This document shows, piece after piece, positions 1 through 11,760 of a stretch of DNA of 64,000 bases. This DNA is from Octopus vulgaris. Lineage: Eukaryota. The stretch's first letter is position 1; every line of letters starts with the position of its first letter. The stretch covers positions 62,001 to 126,000 of the forward strand of contig OX597820.1 in assembly GCA_951406725.2 (NCBI GenBank). Reading direction: 5' to 3'. Under the pieces are notes generated by a model. It did no database searches, had not been told where the DNA came from, and worked only from the letters and a program-made list of their open reading frames with translations. A program made the translations under genes and the position numbers.

Positions 1-541
1 TCACTTTGAGGACATTTTGAGAGCTTTGGGAGAGGGCTCCAACACCGATGTCATCTACCTTGATTTCAGTAAGGCCTTCGACAGGGTCGATCACAAGATC
101 CTATTGAAAAAACTATCCAACATTGGTGTCTCTGGAAAGTTACTGAAATGGATCAAGGGTTTCCTGACAGACAGATCTCAACATGTTGTAGTTGAAGGGG
201 TAAAATCAAGCCCATCCAAAGTCAGTAGTGGCGTTCCGCAAGGCACTGTGCTGGGCCCACTTCTTTTCATCATTTACATTAATGACATTAATGACATCAT
301 CAAGCACAGCAACATAAAAATCTTTGCAGATGACTCCAAGCTACAGAAGGTCATAAATGAGGCGAGTGACCGGACATGCCTTCAGTCAGATCTACTGGCT
401 GTTATCCAATGGGCAGAAAAAAACAATATGCTGCTGAACGAGGATAAATTTGAGCTAATCCACTTTGGAAAAGAGGATGCCCTGAAACTCCCATACTCCC
501 TTCCTTCAGGTGAAACTCTCGCGGCGTCCAACAACATCAAA

Positions 542-543
<2 letters not shown>
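1..543 (+). mobile_element. CR1-group LINE fragment (RT region), runs off the window start; inverted relative to the copy at 651-5101
   Basis: Translation has YLDFSKAFD, SGVPQGTVLGPLLF and FADD and is near-identical to the 786-2474 protein. It stops at ...AACAAC-ATCAAAGT followed by (TA)n. Confidence 0.92.
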
Positions 544-602
<59 letters not shown>

Positions 603-619
603 CATACATATATACATAC

Positions 620-650
<31 letters not shown>
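544..650. repeat. (TA)n microsatellite separating two tail-to-tail CR1 copies
   Basis: Direct reading. Confidence 0.95.
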
Positions 651-652
<2 letters not shown>

Positions 653-785
653 TTTGATACTTTGATACTTTGATAGGTTTCGGCCATTATTGGCCCAGGC
701 CATGCCTAACTTAATAGCACCACCTGGTGAAGTCTTTCAAGTCAGAATTTGGGCACTATGGCCCACTCAAGTAGAGAGTTATTGT

Positions 786-3776
786 TTACAGAGACATATC
801 CGGGTGTAGGGGTTTATCCGGGATTTCTTGAAGGAATCTGTCCAAAGACTTTTTGAACCCTATAGGGTCAGTTTCTGTTTTAGTGTGTTTTGGTGTAATG
901 TTAAAGAGAGCGGGGCCAATTGAGGTGAAATAATTGTGCCGTGTTGTTGTAATGAGATGAGAGTGCGATTTTTGTTTTGGGCGGATGGCACGGGGCCCAA
1001 GCCTTGGATGTACCTTAAAGGTGATGCCAACATCATTTGGGCAATGCTGATGGAATATTTTCCACATCATGCAGATGATGTAGCGCTCACGACGACGTTG
1101 GAGAGAATAAAGTTTTAGCTTTTCTAGTCCACCCCAATAGCCGAGGCCTGTCATGCCATCTATCTTTTTTGTGATTGCCCTTTGAGGTGCTTCAACTTTT
1201 ATGATACTTTGTATTGTGTAGGGAGACCACAGTGGACAACAGTATTCAAGGTGGGGTCGGGCAAAAGTGGAGAAGAGAAGGATAATGGTGTGGATATCTC
1301 TCGACTGGAAAGTTCTGAGAATCCAGGAACACATTCTGCGGGCCATGTCAACTTTGGTGTTTATATGAGTGGCCCAGCTTATGTTGTTGTCCACAATTAC
1401 TCCCAAGTCTCTGATGTTGTTGGACGCCGCGAGAGTTTCACCTGAAGGAAGGGAGTATGGGAGTTTCAGGGCATCCTCTTTTCCAAAGTGGATTAACTCA
1501 AATTTATCCTCGTTCAGCAACATATTGTTTTTTTCTGCCCATTGGATAACAGCCAGTAGATCTGACTGAATGCATGTCCGGTCACTCGCCTCATTTATGA
1601 CCTTCTGTAGCTTGGAATCATCTGCAAAGATTTTTATGTTGCTCTGCTTGATGATGTCATTAATGTCATTAATGTAGATGATGAAAAGAAGTGGGCCCAG
1701 CACAGTGCCTTGCGGAACGCTACTACTGACTTTGGCTGGGCTTGATTTTACCCCTTCAACTACAACATGTTGAGATCTGTCTGTCAGGAAACCCTTGATC
1801 CATTTCAGTAACTTTCCAGAGACACCAATGTTGGATAGTTTTTTCAATAGGATCTTGTGATCAACCCTGTCGAAGGCCTTACTGAAATCAAGGTAGATGA
1901 CATCGGTGTTAGAGCCCTCTCCCAAAGCTCTCAAAATGTCATCAAAGTGATGCAGGAGCTGCGTTAGGCAGTCCCTTCCATTACGGAACCCATGTTGGTT
2001 AGAGATCAGCCGTCTGTTGCTTTCCAGAAATTGGGTTATTCGAGATCTCACCACCCTCTCAAATACCTTGATGATATGAGAGGTGAGTGAGATCGGACGG
2101 TAGTTCACTGCAAGGGACTTGTTTCCCTTTTTGAAAACTGGGACAACAGACTGGGACAGAAGGTTTTTTGGAATATAGCCAGCATCCAGTGAGTTTCTCC
2201 ACAGATTAGCAAGGGGAGATGCAAGTTGGTGTCGACACACCTTCAGGACACAAGCAGGGAACCTATCGGGGCCTACTGCTGAATTGTGTTTTATTTCGTT
2301 TATCGCCGCTATGACATCAGGGGCACTAAACGTTATGTCCGATATAGTGTGTTGGGGGTTGACATCACTGATACAGCCCAGATCGGCCATATCAGGATTG
2401 CTGAAAACAGCAGTATTGTTTCTGCAGTATCTCGGCCATGGATTTAGCATTATCTTGGAGAGTGCCAGTTTCATTAATTAGAGGGCCAAGAATGGAGACA
2501 GTAACCCTGCGTTTCCTCGCAAATGAAAAGAACTCTTTGGGGTTGAGTTTGATTTTTTCAATGGCCCACTTCTCCTCAGCTGATCTTTGGTTATTGATGA
2601 GGGTCTTCATGCATTGTTGGAGGTTATATTTTTTGGATTCAAGCAGTGCGATAGCCGTCGAATGTGTGTGTTGCTGTTGGCAGTACTTTAGTTTGTTAAT
2701 TTTTTTGTTTGTTCTTTTTATTTTTCTGATAATGGTTTTTCTGTTTTGGGGGATTCTGCACTTTTTGTTCACAGGTCTTGGTGGGGAGTGTTTTGCACAT
2801 ATGTCTGTGACGGTGTCTACAAAGATCTGCCAAGATATTTCATGGTTGGTGGAGACGTGTGTATGTGTAAAGGACCAGTTAACATGTGATAGCTCGTTCC
2901 TGATTGCATCCCAGTTGGCATTATGGAGATCCATGTTGTCAAATGGGTGGGCTGGAGGAGGTCACTAGGATTAGCTTTCGGCTGGTGGAACTTCATGTTA
3001 CAGAGAACCATGTCGTGGTCTGAAAGAAGGGTTTTTTCCACTGTAACGTTATGTATAGTGTTAGTGTGGTTACTAAACACTAGGTCCAAAATGTTCTTCT
3101 GATGTCTTGTTGGTGCAAGGACAAGTTGGGACAAGAAAAACTCATTCGTAAAGTCGAAAAGTGACTCTGCTGCTTCTTTGTCGGCGGTTGAGGCGGGAGT
3201 GCTTGGTTTCAAACAGTTTGTAGTCCAGTCAACACAGGGTAGATTGAAATCTCCCATCATGAGTAGGTTGCTAGAATGGTACTGTTGAATAAAGCACTTA
3301 ATGCTGTTGAGGCATTCTTTAAAGCACAGTATGGGTGTTTGGGGCGGCCTATAGAGCCCAATTACTGTCAGGCCATTGGCTTTGTTGTGCACGGTGACTG
3401 ATTCACAGTAGCCGTTGGAGAATATACTATTTCCATCTGCCGTAAATGAATCATGCAGGAAAATGGCAGTTCCACCCTTCCTCCTGCCGATACGATCCGC
3501 GCGGATGGTTGTGAAATTCTTCACTCTCACTTCGGCTTCCAAGTGGGAGTTGTCAAGGTGGGTCTCAGTGAGAATGAAGAAAGGGATGTGGTGTGAATGG
3601 TTACCAACCCAGTCTTCAATGAATTGGACCTTCCATTTCTGTGCATTGATGGAAGGGCTGACACCTTGTGCATTGAGTAGGAATGTGGAGGTTAGTGTAG
3701 TGGCTGGTTTTGACTGTTGCAGGGGGCTTGGATTTTTTGTGTGTGTTAGTGGCAGCAATGTGGGGAATTGGTGCAC
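786..3776 (-). pseudogene. CR1-group ORF2 (APE endonuclease + reverse transcriptase) broken by about two frameshifts
   Basis: APE motifs LTETHL, GLYRPP, MGDFNLP, ILDLVF and SDHD in 2817-3776; linker in 2392-2934; RT motifs NYRPISLTS, QHGFR, DFSKAFD, VPQG and FADD in 786-2474. Confidence 0.9.
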
Positions 3777-4819
3777 TGGGGTAATAGCATAGGATGGTGT
3801 TGAGTGATGGCTAGAATATTTTTGTGTATCTCTTTTGCCATGTTTTTATTTTTATTTTTATTCAGGTTTGTGTGTTGGCTTGAAGCCCCGTTTCTGTTTG
3901 TGCGTCGGGTCCCTGGAAGATGAGTGAAGGGACAGTCACTCAGCAGACATATTCTCTCACGTTGGGAATACCGGCAGATTTTGGGACTCCGAGTTGTGTG
4001 TGTTTTGAATTTCGATTTACTATTTGGTGGTGTTGATGTTATTGTGGGATGCGTGCTTTGGCCTTGGCCGGTAGTGCGTCTAGTGCCAGGTAGATGCGTG
4101 AAGATGCAGCCACTATTTGTGCAGAGTCTCTGGCGCAGTGAATAGCGGCATATTTTGGGGTTTCTTGTTTGTGCCGTGGGGGGCGCATTCTGCTTCATAT
4201 GTTTCTTTAAGTTTTTGTTACTGCAGTAGTATTGAGGTGGTGATGTGGGGGAAGAGAGCAGTGGTTTCTTATTTGGTTTTTTGTTGGTATTTTTGGTGAT
4301 AGAAGACGATGGTGGCAGCGGTGGTGATGATGATGATGATAATTGTGGTGGTTGCCGTGAGAGCGGTGAAAAGATACTGGCATTTAGTGAATCATCTAGT
4401 ATGCTAGAGTTGAGGAGTGGCTGTTGTTGTTCTTGTTGCTGTGGCTGTTGTTGTTGTTGTTGTGCTTGACCGATGTTAGGGTCAGTTATTGTGCTGGGAA
4501 CCAGGAGTGGCTCATTCTGTTGTTGTTGTTGTTGTGGCTGTTGATTTTCATGCTGTTGCTGTTCTTGAACAGTGAAAATATAAAGAAGTTTTTCAAAATG
4601 GCTTTTTGTCAGTTTGAAAGAAGCTTCGATATGCTTCAGTTTGCTACGAATCTGTTTGACGGATCGTGTGTTGATTATTTGTGATGTTTTTTCGGCAATC
4701 TCATTCAAACATAAAACATTTAAATTTTCTGTTTGGGAAAGAGAGAACCAAGTGTTTATTAAAACATCAATTTCATTATCAGACCAATTTCGTCTGTTGC
4801 AGGCCTGCAAGTTAGTCAT
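3746..4819 (-). CDS. LINE ORF1: N-terminal Myb/SANT-like segment, polyQ/Pro-Ser linker, two CCCH-type zinc fingers
   Basis: RRNWSDNEIDVLINTW...RSVKQIRSKLKHI looks Myb/trihelix-like. Two C-x8-C-x4-C-x3-H motifs are each followed by LPGTRRT. Confidence 0.75.
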   Translation of the reverse strand: MTNLQACNRRNWSDNEIDVLINTWFSLSQTENLNVLCLNEIAEKTSQIINTRSVKQIRSKLKHIEASFKLTKSHFEKLLYIFTVQEQQQHENQQPQQQQQQNEPLLVPSTITDPNIGQAQQQQQQPQQQEQQQPLLNSSILDDSLNASIFSPLSRQPPQLSSSSSPPLPPSSSITKNTNKKPNKKPLLSSPTSPPQYYCSNKNLKKHMKQNAPPTAQTRNPKICRYSLRQRLCTNSGCIFTHLPGTRRTTGQGQSTHPTITSTPPNSKSKFKTHTTRSPKICRYSQRERICLLSDCPFTHLPGTRRTNRNGASSQHTNLNKNKNKNMAKEIHKNILAITQHHPMLLPQCTNSPHCCH

Positions 4820-5101
4820 GTTTGTTTTTCTTTTGATTTTTGATATATATATATTCTTTCTTGGGAGTTAAAGAAGTGTATATATATATAAATGTTCTCT
4901 CTTAAGGGTGTGAGTTTTTGATTATTTGGTTGTTTGAAGATATTAAAAGAAAAACAAGTGTATATAACAATTTGTAGTTAAATAAAAACGTACTTACGGG
5001 TTTGTAGGCAAACACGTGGTTACAAATATATATATATTTAAGGTCAGTTAAGTTTTGAAGCTGTGTAGCTTGCTACTGACTTGGGAGAGAGAAACAAAAA
5101 G

Positions 5102-7833
5102 ACGTTTAAATATTTGTTGTGCAAGAATTTTTATGTCAAGTCGTGTGTTGAAACAGATATTGTTATATTTCGGAATGGTCATATTGCCAGTTTAGCCAAT
5201 AAAAACACACGCACTATATATTTGGTGTTATTTTGTTCATGTGTTTACATCCACTTATTATTATCATTACCTATGCTTGTATGTATGTATGTATGTATGT
5301 ATGTATGTATGTATGTATGTATGTATAACAACAATACTAGTAATAATTATTATAAATCGAATCAATATATATATATATATAGTTATTTATTTCTATTTGT
5401 TTTTTTATCTGTGTATTTATTATGTTTTAGGAATCCTCTATCGTGATATGTTGTGGTGTGTGTTAGTGCTCCATTCTAGTTTTCTATTCAGGCTAGGTTT
5501 ATTTTCTATTATGTGTGTAGCTTCTGTAATTTGTTTAATTGTTGCATCTGTTCTATGTGTGGACAATATTTTAATTTCTATGTTATTGATTGATCCCCCG
5601 TGTTCCTGTTCGGCGTGTTGGTACAGAATCGATGAGCTTTTACCTTCCTTGAGTTGTCTCCAATGGCCATTTATCCGCTCTCCTATGCTTCTTGCCGTTT
5701 CCCCTACGTATATCGTTGTCTTGTTACTGCATCGTCCCTCTATACATCTTATACTATAGACTACATTTCTGGCTTTACAGTTTGTTTTCGAACTAAATCT
5801 ACATACAGTACACTACTTATCCGTACATGGGGTTCTACTAGAAGGATAGGTTCTACCAATTATAGATTTGATAGGGTAGCCTGGCTTTTCAACAACCTTA
5901 ATTCTTAGCTTAAGTTTGTCTAGGGTCCTTCTAAAGCGGTACGCCAGTTCACCTCCAGGGGTGGTGTCAACGAACATGACACTCTGGTATTTATGGCTAT
6001 CATACCAAGAGTTGGCCTTCTCTATTTTCTTTTTTGTCCTTTCTATAGTGTTCCATGGCTTGTTTCTATAGAGTGGGCAAGTCCCATTCCTATCATTACA
6101 TAATATATTATCAAATTTCTTCATGGCTCCTTTGTATACTCTGATCCTTTCTTTATGGCTGTAACCTGAGAACTGCATGCGGAATGAAATATTGTATGTG
6201 TCTCTTTAACTCTGTGGTCTCGCACATGCGTGACACATTTCTCATTGTTCTGACGAGGTCTGCCATCAAAATATTAAATTTGGCATTGTCCGCAATGGCT
6301 GAGTTCCGGTGGATCAAGTATTTTGAGCCCATAGGTTTGGCATAGTATGAATGAAGGATTTGGGTTTTATTAGTCACAATTTCTAGCCAGAGTTCAGTGT
6401 CTAGTACTGGTAGTCTATGGTTGGGGTGTTTAGTGGGGTAGTCTATTGTGACCTTAATACTCTGGTGAATGGAGTTAGCTATTTGCTGGATGCTCTCCAT
6501 AGTATTAGTTTCTAATACTATATCAACATTGCTCTCTTGTGGGGGTGCCTTTGCCACTATGTTGATATCATCAACATAGCGAGAGTACATGTTTACGAGT
6601 ATGGAGTTCTGTGTTGGGCGTTCTTTAAGCCTTCTGTCCCACCATACCATGAAAAGGTTGGCCACATCACCAGCGATACTAACGCCGATGGCTGCCCCCT
6701 CGACCTGGGCATATATTTTATTATTAAACTGAAACGTGTGGCCTTTTAGGGTAACTCTTATACTAGCTCCTGGTGCATGTGCGATCATTTTCTTTACCTG
6801 ATGGACATTTGCGGGGCTCCGTATGGCTCTGGTCCATCCGCGCCATCTTTCTATATGTGTCTTCCTAGCCATAGAAGTAATTGTGGGCGGTCTACCTCTT
6901 AAACATCTACTGGGGCAGAAACTACTAAGATTATGTTTATCTAAGTATTCATTATTACATGTCAGTCTAAGTAGGAGGCCCAGTTCTTCTATGTTGACAT
7001 TACGGAACTCCACCTGGCTCTCGTTGATCATCTCCACGCACTTCTCCACCGAAAAAATCTACGTCGATCGATGGGTATAGGGATACCACATCCGTGCTAC
7101 CCACCATACATCCTGCCAGGTCACAAGTGTTGTTACAGTCATTGATCCTGCTGAGGAGATCTGCTGTGCTGTCACAAACATCAGGTGACATCCTGATTAT
7201 AGGGCGTATGATCATTGAGAGGAAGTAGGAGATTCTGTAATTGCTAGCGATATTCGCTCCACAGACTGGTCTTGTTGGTGGTCCTGCTATAGAGTCAGTA
7301 ATTACTTTATGGTCCTTGCGAAGTCCATACAGTGCCGGGATATCACTGTTCCAGGCTTTGAAATTATTTGCTGTACGTTTCTGGGGTCCCAGAACAATTG
7401 TCCACATCATCATGTGGGAGTTGAGGAACTTTTCTCTCTCCTCATGCGCCTGTACAGTTGTTATTCTTGTATTGGCGATATGAGGTTGTATTTATATACA
7501 TGAACGTATATAAACAGAAGACATAAATATTACAGGCATCCCCGCACATACACACATTAAATAAACATAGACGCACATAGAGATATAAGCATACGCAAAT
7601 GACAACATACAATACAAATACAAAATGGCTGACGGTTAGTAAGGAGAGACACAAATAAGAAAGAAGAAAACAAAGGACCACTGATGCGGTCACAGGAATG
7701 TGACGAAAGAACTCTGGCCGAAATAAGATTAAGATTAATGTAAAAAATAAATAACACCGAAGCAAAATAACACCAAATATATAGTGCGTGTGTTTTTATT
7801 GGCTAAACTGGCAATATGACCATTCCGAAATAT

Positions 7834-7840
<7 letters not shown>
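5102..7840 (-). mobile_element. Penelope-like element family 1, copy A1 (5'-truncated, inverted pseudo-LTR at 5' end, frameshifted)
   Basis: RT with GAAIG, SRYVDD and HSYYAKPM plus GIY-YIG remnant. Segment 5158-5235 recurs inverted at 7763-7840. Inverted pLTR spans about 7490-7840. Confidence 0.92.
7675..7719 (+). ncRNA. Minimal type I hammerhead-like motif, variant core CUGAUGCG (inverted pLTR of A1)
   Basis: GGACCA-CUGAUGCG-GUCACA-GGAA-UGUGAC-GAAA-GAAC-UC-UGGCC: stem I, 6-bp stem II, GAAA, UH site. Confidence 0.65.
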
Positions 7841-7869
<29 letters not shown>

Positions 7870-8044
7870 GTTTAAATATTTGTTGTGCAAGATTTTTTAT
7901 GTGAAGTCGTGTGTTGAAACAGATATTGTTATATTTCGGAATGGTCATATTGCCAGTTTAGCCAATAAAAACACACGCACTATATATTTGGTGTTATTTT
8001 GCTTCAGTGATATTTATTTTTTACATTAATCTTAATCTTATTTC

Positions 8045-8089
8045 GGCCAAAGTTCTTTCGTCACACTCCTGTGACCGCATCAGTGGTCC
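8045..8089 (-). ncRNA. Hammerhead-like motif in the sense 3' pLTR of PLE1-B
   Basis: Reverse complement reads GGACCA-CUGAUGCG-GUCACA-GGAG-UGUGAC-GAAA-GAAC-UU-UGGCC. Confidence 0.65.
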
Positions 8090-8616
8090 TTTGTTTTCTT
8101 CTCACTTACTTGTGTCTCTCCTTACTAACCGTCAGCCATTTTGTATTTCTATTGTATGTCTTCATTTGCGCATGCTTATATCTCTATGTGCGTCTATGTT
8201 TATTTAGTGTGTGTGGGGGGGGATGCCTGTAATATTTGTATCTTCTGGTTATATACATTCTTGTAATTTGTATTTTGTTTTTGTTGTTGTTGCTTTTGTT
8301 CTAATTTTATTCATGTGTTTACATCCACCCATTATTATCATTACATATGCTTGTATGTATGTATAACAACAATATTAGTAATAATAATAATAAATCTAAT
8401 CGAGAAAAAAAAAAAAAAAAAAAAAGAATATACATATACATATATATATATATACATACATATACATATACATACATATATATATATATATACATATATA
8501 CACACATATATACACATATACATATACATATATATACACATATACATATATATAGATATTCATTTCTATTTCTTTAATTACCTGTGTATTTATTATGTTT
8601 GCAGGATCCACTATTG

Positions 8617-11310
8617 TCATATGTTGTGGTGTGCGCTATTGCTCCATTCTAGTTTTCTATTCAGGCTAGGTTTATTTTCTATTATATGTGTAGCTTCTGT
8701 AATTTGTCTAATTGTTGCATCTGTTCTATGTGTGGACAATATCTTAATCTCTATGTTATTGATTGATCCCCCGTGTTCTTGTTCGGCGTGTTGGTACAGA
8801 ATCGATGAGCTTTTACCTTCCTTGAGTTGTCTCCAATGTTCATTCACCCGCTCACCAATGCTTCTTGCAGTTTCCCCTACGTATGTTACTGTCTTGTTAC
8901 TGCATCGTCCCTCTATACATCTTATACTATAGACCACATTTCTGGCTTTACAGTTCGTTTGTGGGCTAAATCTACATACAGTGCAATAGTTATCCGTACA
9001 GAGAGTTCTACTAAAAGGATAGGTTCTACCAATTATAGATCTGATAGGGTTGCCTGGCTTTTCAACAACCTTAATTCTTAGTTTAAGTTTATCTAGGGTC
9101 CTTCTAAAGCGGTACGCTAGTTCACCTCCAGGGGTGGTGTCAACGAACATGACACTCTGGTATTTATGGCTATCATACCAAGAGTTGGCCTTCCTTATTT
9201 TCTTTTTTGTCCTTTCTATAGTGTTCCATGACTTGTTCCTATAGAGTGGGCAAATCCCATTCCTATCATTACATAATATATTATCAAATTTCTTCATGGC
9301 TCCTTTGTATACTCTGATCCTTTCTTTATGGCTGTAACCTGAGAACTGCATGCGGAATGAAATACTGTATGTGTCTCTTTAATTCTGTAGGCTCGCACAT
9401 GCGTGACACATTTCTCATTATTCTGACGAGGTCTGCCATCAAAATATTGAATTTGGCATTGCCCGCAATGGCTGAGTTCCAGTGGATCAGGTATTTTGAG
9501 GCCATAGGTTTTGCATAGTATGAATGAAGGATTTGGGTTTTATTTTTCACAATTTCTAGCCAGAGTTCAGTGTCTAGTACTGGTAGTCTATGGTTGGGGT
9601 GTTTAGTGGGGTAGTCTATTGTGACCTTAATACTCTGGTGGATGGAGTTAGCTATTTGCTGGATGCTCTCCATAGTATTAGTTTCTATTACTATATCAAC
9701 AGTACTTTCTTGTGGGGGTGCCTTTACTACTATATTGATATCATCAACATAGCGAGAGTACATGTTTACGAGTATGGATTTCTGCAGTAGGCATTCTTTA
9801 AGCCTTCTGTCCCACCATACCATGAAGAGGTTGGCCACATCACCAGCGATACTAACACCGATGGCTGCCCCCTCGTCCTGGGCATATATTTTATTATTAA
9901 ATTTAAATGTGTGGCCTTTTAGGGTAACTCTTATACTAGCTCCTAGTGCATGTGCGATCATTTTCTTTACCTGATGGACATTTGCGGGGCTCCGTATGGC
10001 TCTGGTCCATCCGCGCCATCTTTCTATATGTGTCTTCCTAGCCATAGAAGTAATTGTAGGCGGTCTACCTCTTAAACATCTACTGGGGCAGAAACTACTA
10101 AGATTATGTTTATCTAAGTATTCACTATTATATGTCAGTCTAAGTAGGAGGCCCAGTTCTTCTGTGTCGACATTACAGAACTCCACCTGGCTCTCGTTGA
10201 TCATCTCCACGCACTTCTCCACTGCAAAATCTACGTCAATCGATGGGTATAGGGATACCACATCCATGCTACCTACTATACATCCTGTCAAGTCACAAGT
10301 TTTGTTACAGTCACTGATCCTGCTTAGGAGATCTTCTGTGCTGTCACATACATCAGGTGACATCCTGATTATAGGGCGTATGATCATTGAGAGGAAGTAG
10401 GAGATTCTGTAATTGCTAGCGATATTCGCTCCACAGACTGGTCTTGTTGGTGGTCCTGCTATAGGGTCAGTAAAACCTTTATGGTCATTGCGAAGTCCAT
10501 ACAGTGCCGGGATATCATTGTTCCAGGCTTGGAAATTCTTTGCAGTACGTTTCTGAGGTCCCAGAACAATTGTCCACATCATCATGTGGGCATTGAGGAC
10601 CTTTTCTCTCTCCTCATGCGCCTGTACAGTTGTTACTTTTGTATTGGCGATATGAGGTTGCATTGCCTGGATGTAGTTCGGTAAGCTGTCTATTGACATC
10701 CTGCCGGACTTATCCGTGGGAAGGCATATCACCTCTCCGTTCCTCGTGCGCTGAATGAGCTTCTGTAGGCCACATGCAGGTTTAATCCCTAGTTGTTGGG
10801 CATCTGTCTTATTCTGTCTCTGTCTCTTAATGTATAAACCTAAAATCTGTCTAAGTTTGGTCCTAGCTATAGTGAACTGTGCTTCCATGTGGTCATTAGT
10901 ACGTCTTGGGATGTATACCCTTTTGTTGAAGGGTAATGTTGTTGGATAAATTCGGTTCATGCAGTAAGTTTTGTCGCATACGTTGAAGAACTGAGTGTCA
11001 AAGGGATGGGTATACATGTCAATGGTCTCTCTAGGGTTATCTTCATTATCGTTACTGTTTCCAACATCAGCCTTCCTATTATTATTATCACCATTACCAC
11101 TACTACTACTACTACTAGTATTCCTATTACCACCACAACTATCACTACTATCCTCATTACTACTTCTACTGTTACCATCACCACTACTACTACCACTATT
11201 ATTGTTATTACCTTTATTCCTACCATTGCCATTATTACTATCATCGCTAGTGATATATTCATTGTTCCTGTTTCTGGTATATGTGTTGTTTATATTAGTG
11301 TTGGGTTTTA
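8617..11310 (-). pseudogene. PLE reverse transcriptase + C-terminal GIY-YIG endonuclease, one 2-bp frameshift near 9352
   Basis: LPTDKSG, PPTRPVCGA, GSMDVVSLYPSI, GAAIG and RYVDD; then CTVC...[13 protein letters not shown]...[17 protein letters not shown]...RQITEA...PSLNRK. Confidence 0.9.
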
Positions 11311-11393
11311 TGCGCAAATGAAGACATACAATAGAAATACAAAATGGCTGACGGTTAGTAAGGAGAGACACAAGTAAGTGAGAAGAAAACAAA

Positions 11394-11438
11394 GGACCAC
11401 TGATGCGGTCACAGGAGTGTGACGAAAGAACTTTGGCC
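11394..11438 (+). ncRNA. Hammerhead-like motif in the inverted 5' pLTR of PLE1-B
   Basis: Same motif as 8045-8089 on the opposite strand. Confidence 0.65.
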
Positions 11439-11556
11439 GAAATAAGATTAAGATTAATGTAAAAAATAAATATCACTGAAGCAAAATAACACCAAATATA
11501 TAGTGCGTGTGTTTTTATTGGCTAAACTGGCAATATGACCATTCCGAAATATAACA

Positions 11557-11636
<80 letters not shown>

Positions 11637-11716
11637 GTATATATATATGTATATATATATATATATGAAAAAACAAGTCAAAAATAGAAAATGCTAAAAT
11701 AATTTTATAGTGAATC

Positions 11717-11760
11717 TTTCAGTACCGGTTTCGGTCATTTTGAGACCTTTTCAACTGTAA
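11717..11760 (-). ncRNA. Minimal type I hammerhead ribozyme, U3-A8 core variant
   Basis: UUACAG-UUGAAAA-GGUC-UCAAAAU-GACC-GAAA-CCGG-UA-CUGAA, with palindromic CCGG in place of stem III. Confidence 0.8.

Larger units (their letters stand above)
651..5101 (-). mobile_element. Near full-length CR1-group (CR1/L2/Crack-like) non-LTR retrotransposon with (ATCAAAGT)n 3' tail
   Basis: ORF1, APE endonuclease and RT lie in order on the minus strand. The 3' tail ATCAAAGT x3 at 651-674 abuts (TA)n. The 5' end abuts a PLE at about 5102. Confidence 0.92.
7868..11558 (-). mobile_element. Penelope-like element family 1, copy B (longer, intact 3' pLTR, inverted pLTR 11311-11558), inserted in (TA)n
   Basis: Flanked by (TA)n on both sides. 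RT plus GIY-YIG. 11311-11558 is the reverse complement of about 7924-8172. Confidence 0.93.

Noticed and set aside
382-703. ORFs rich in YI/IY, MYVC, HT, poly-I or poly-L here and throughout the window
   Set aside because: Translations of (TA)n, (TATG)n, (CA)n and (ATT)n microsatellites, which lack stops in some frames.
936-4871. Plus-strand ORFs overlapping the CR1 element (and similar ones over the PLE, Dong and Helitron)
   Set aside because: Antisense shadows of TE coding sequence with no independent motifs.
5102-7840. DNA transposon suggested by terminal inverted repeats
   Set aside because: The interior encodes PLE RT and GIY-YIG; the inverted ends are inverted pLTRs.
11311-11476. Hydrophobic N-terminus of the 716-aa ORF
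   Set aside because: It derives from the inverted pLTR fused by chance in frame with the truncated RT ORF and is not a real start.
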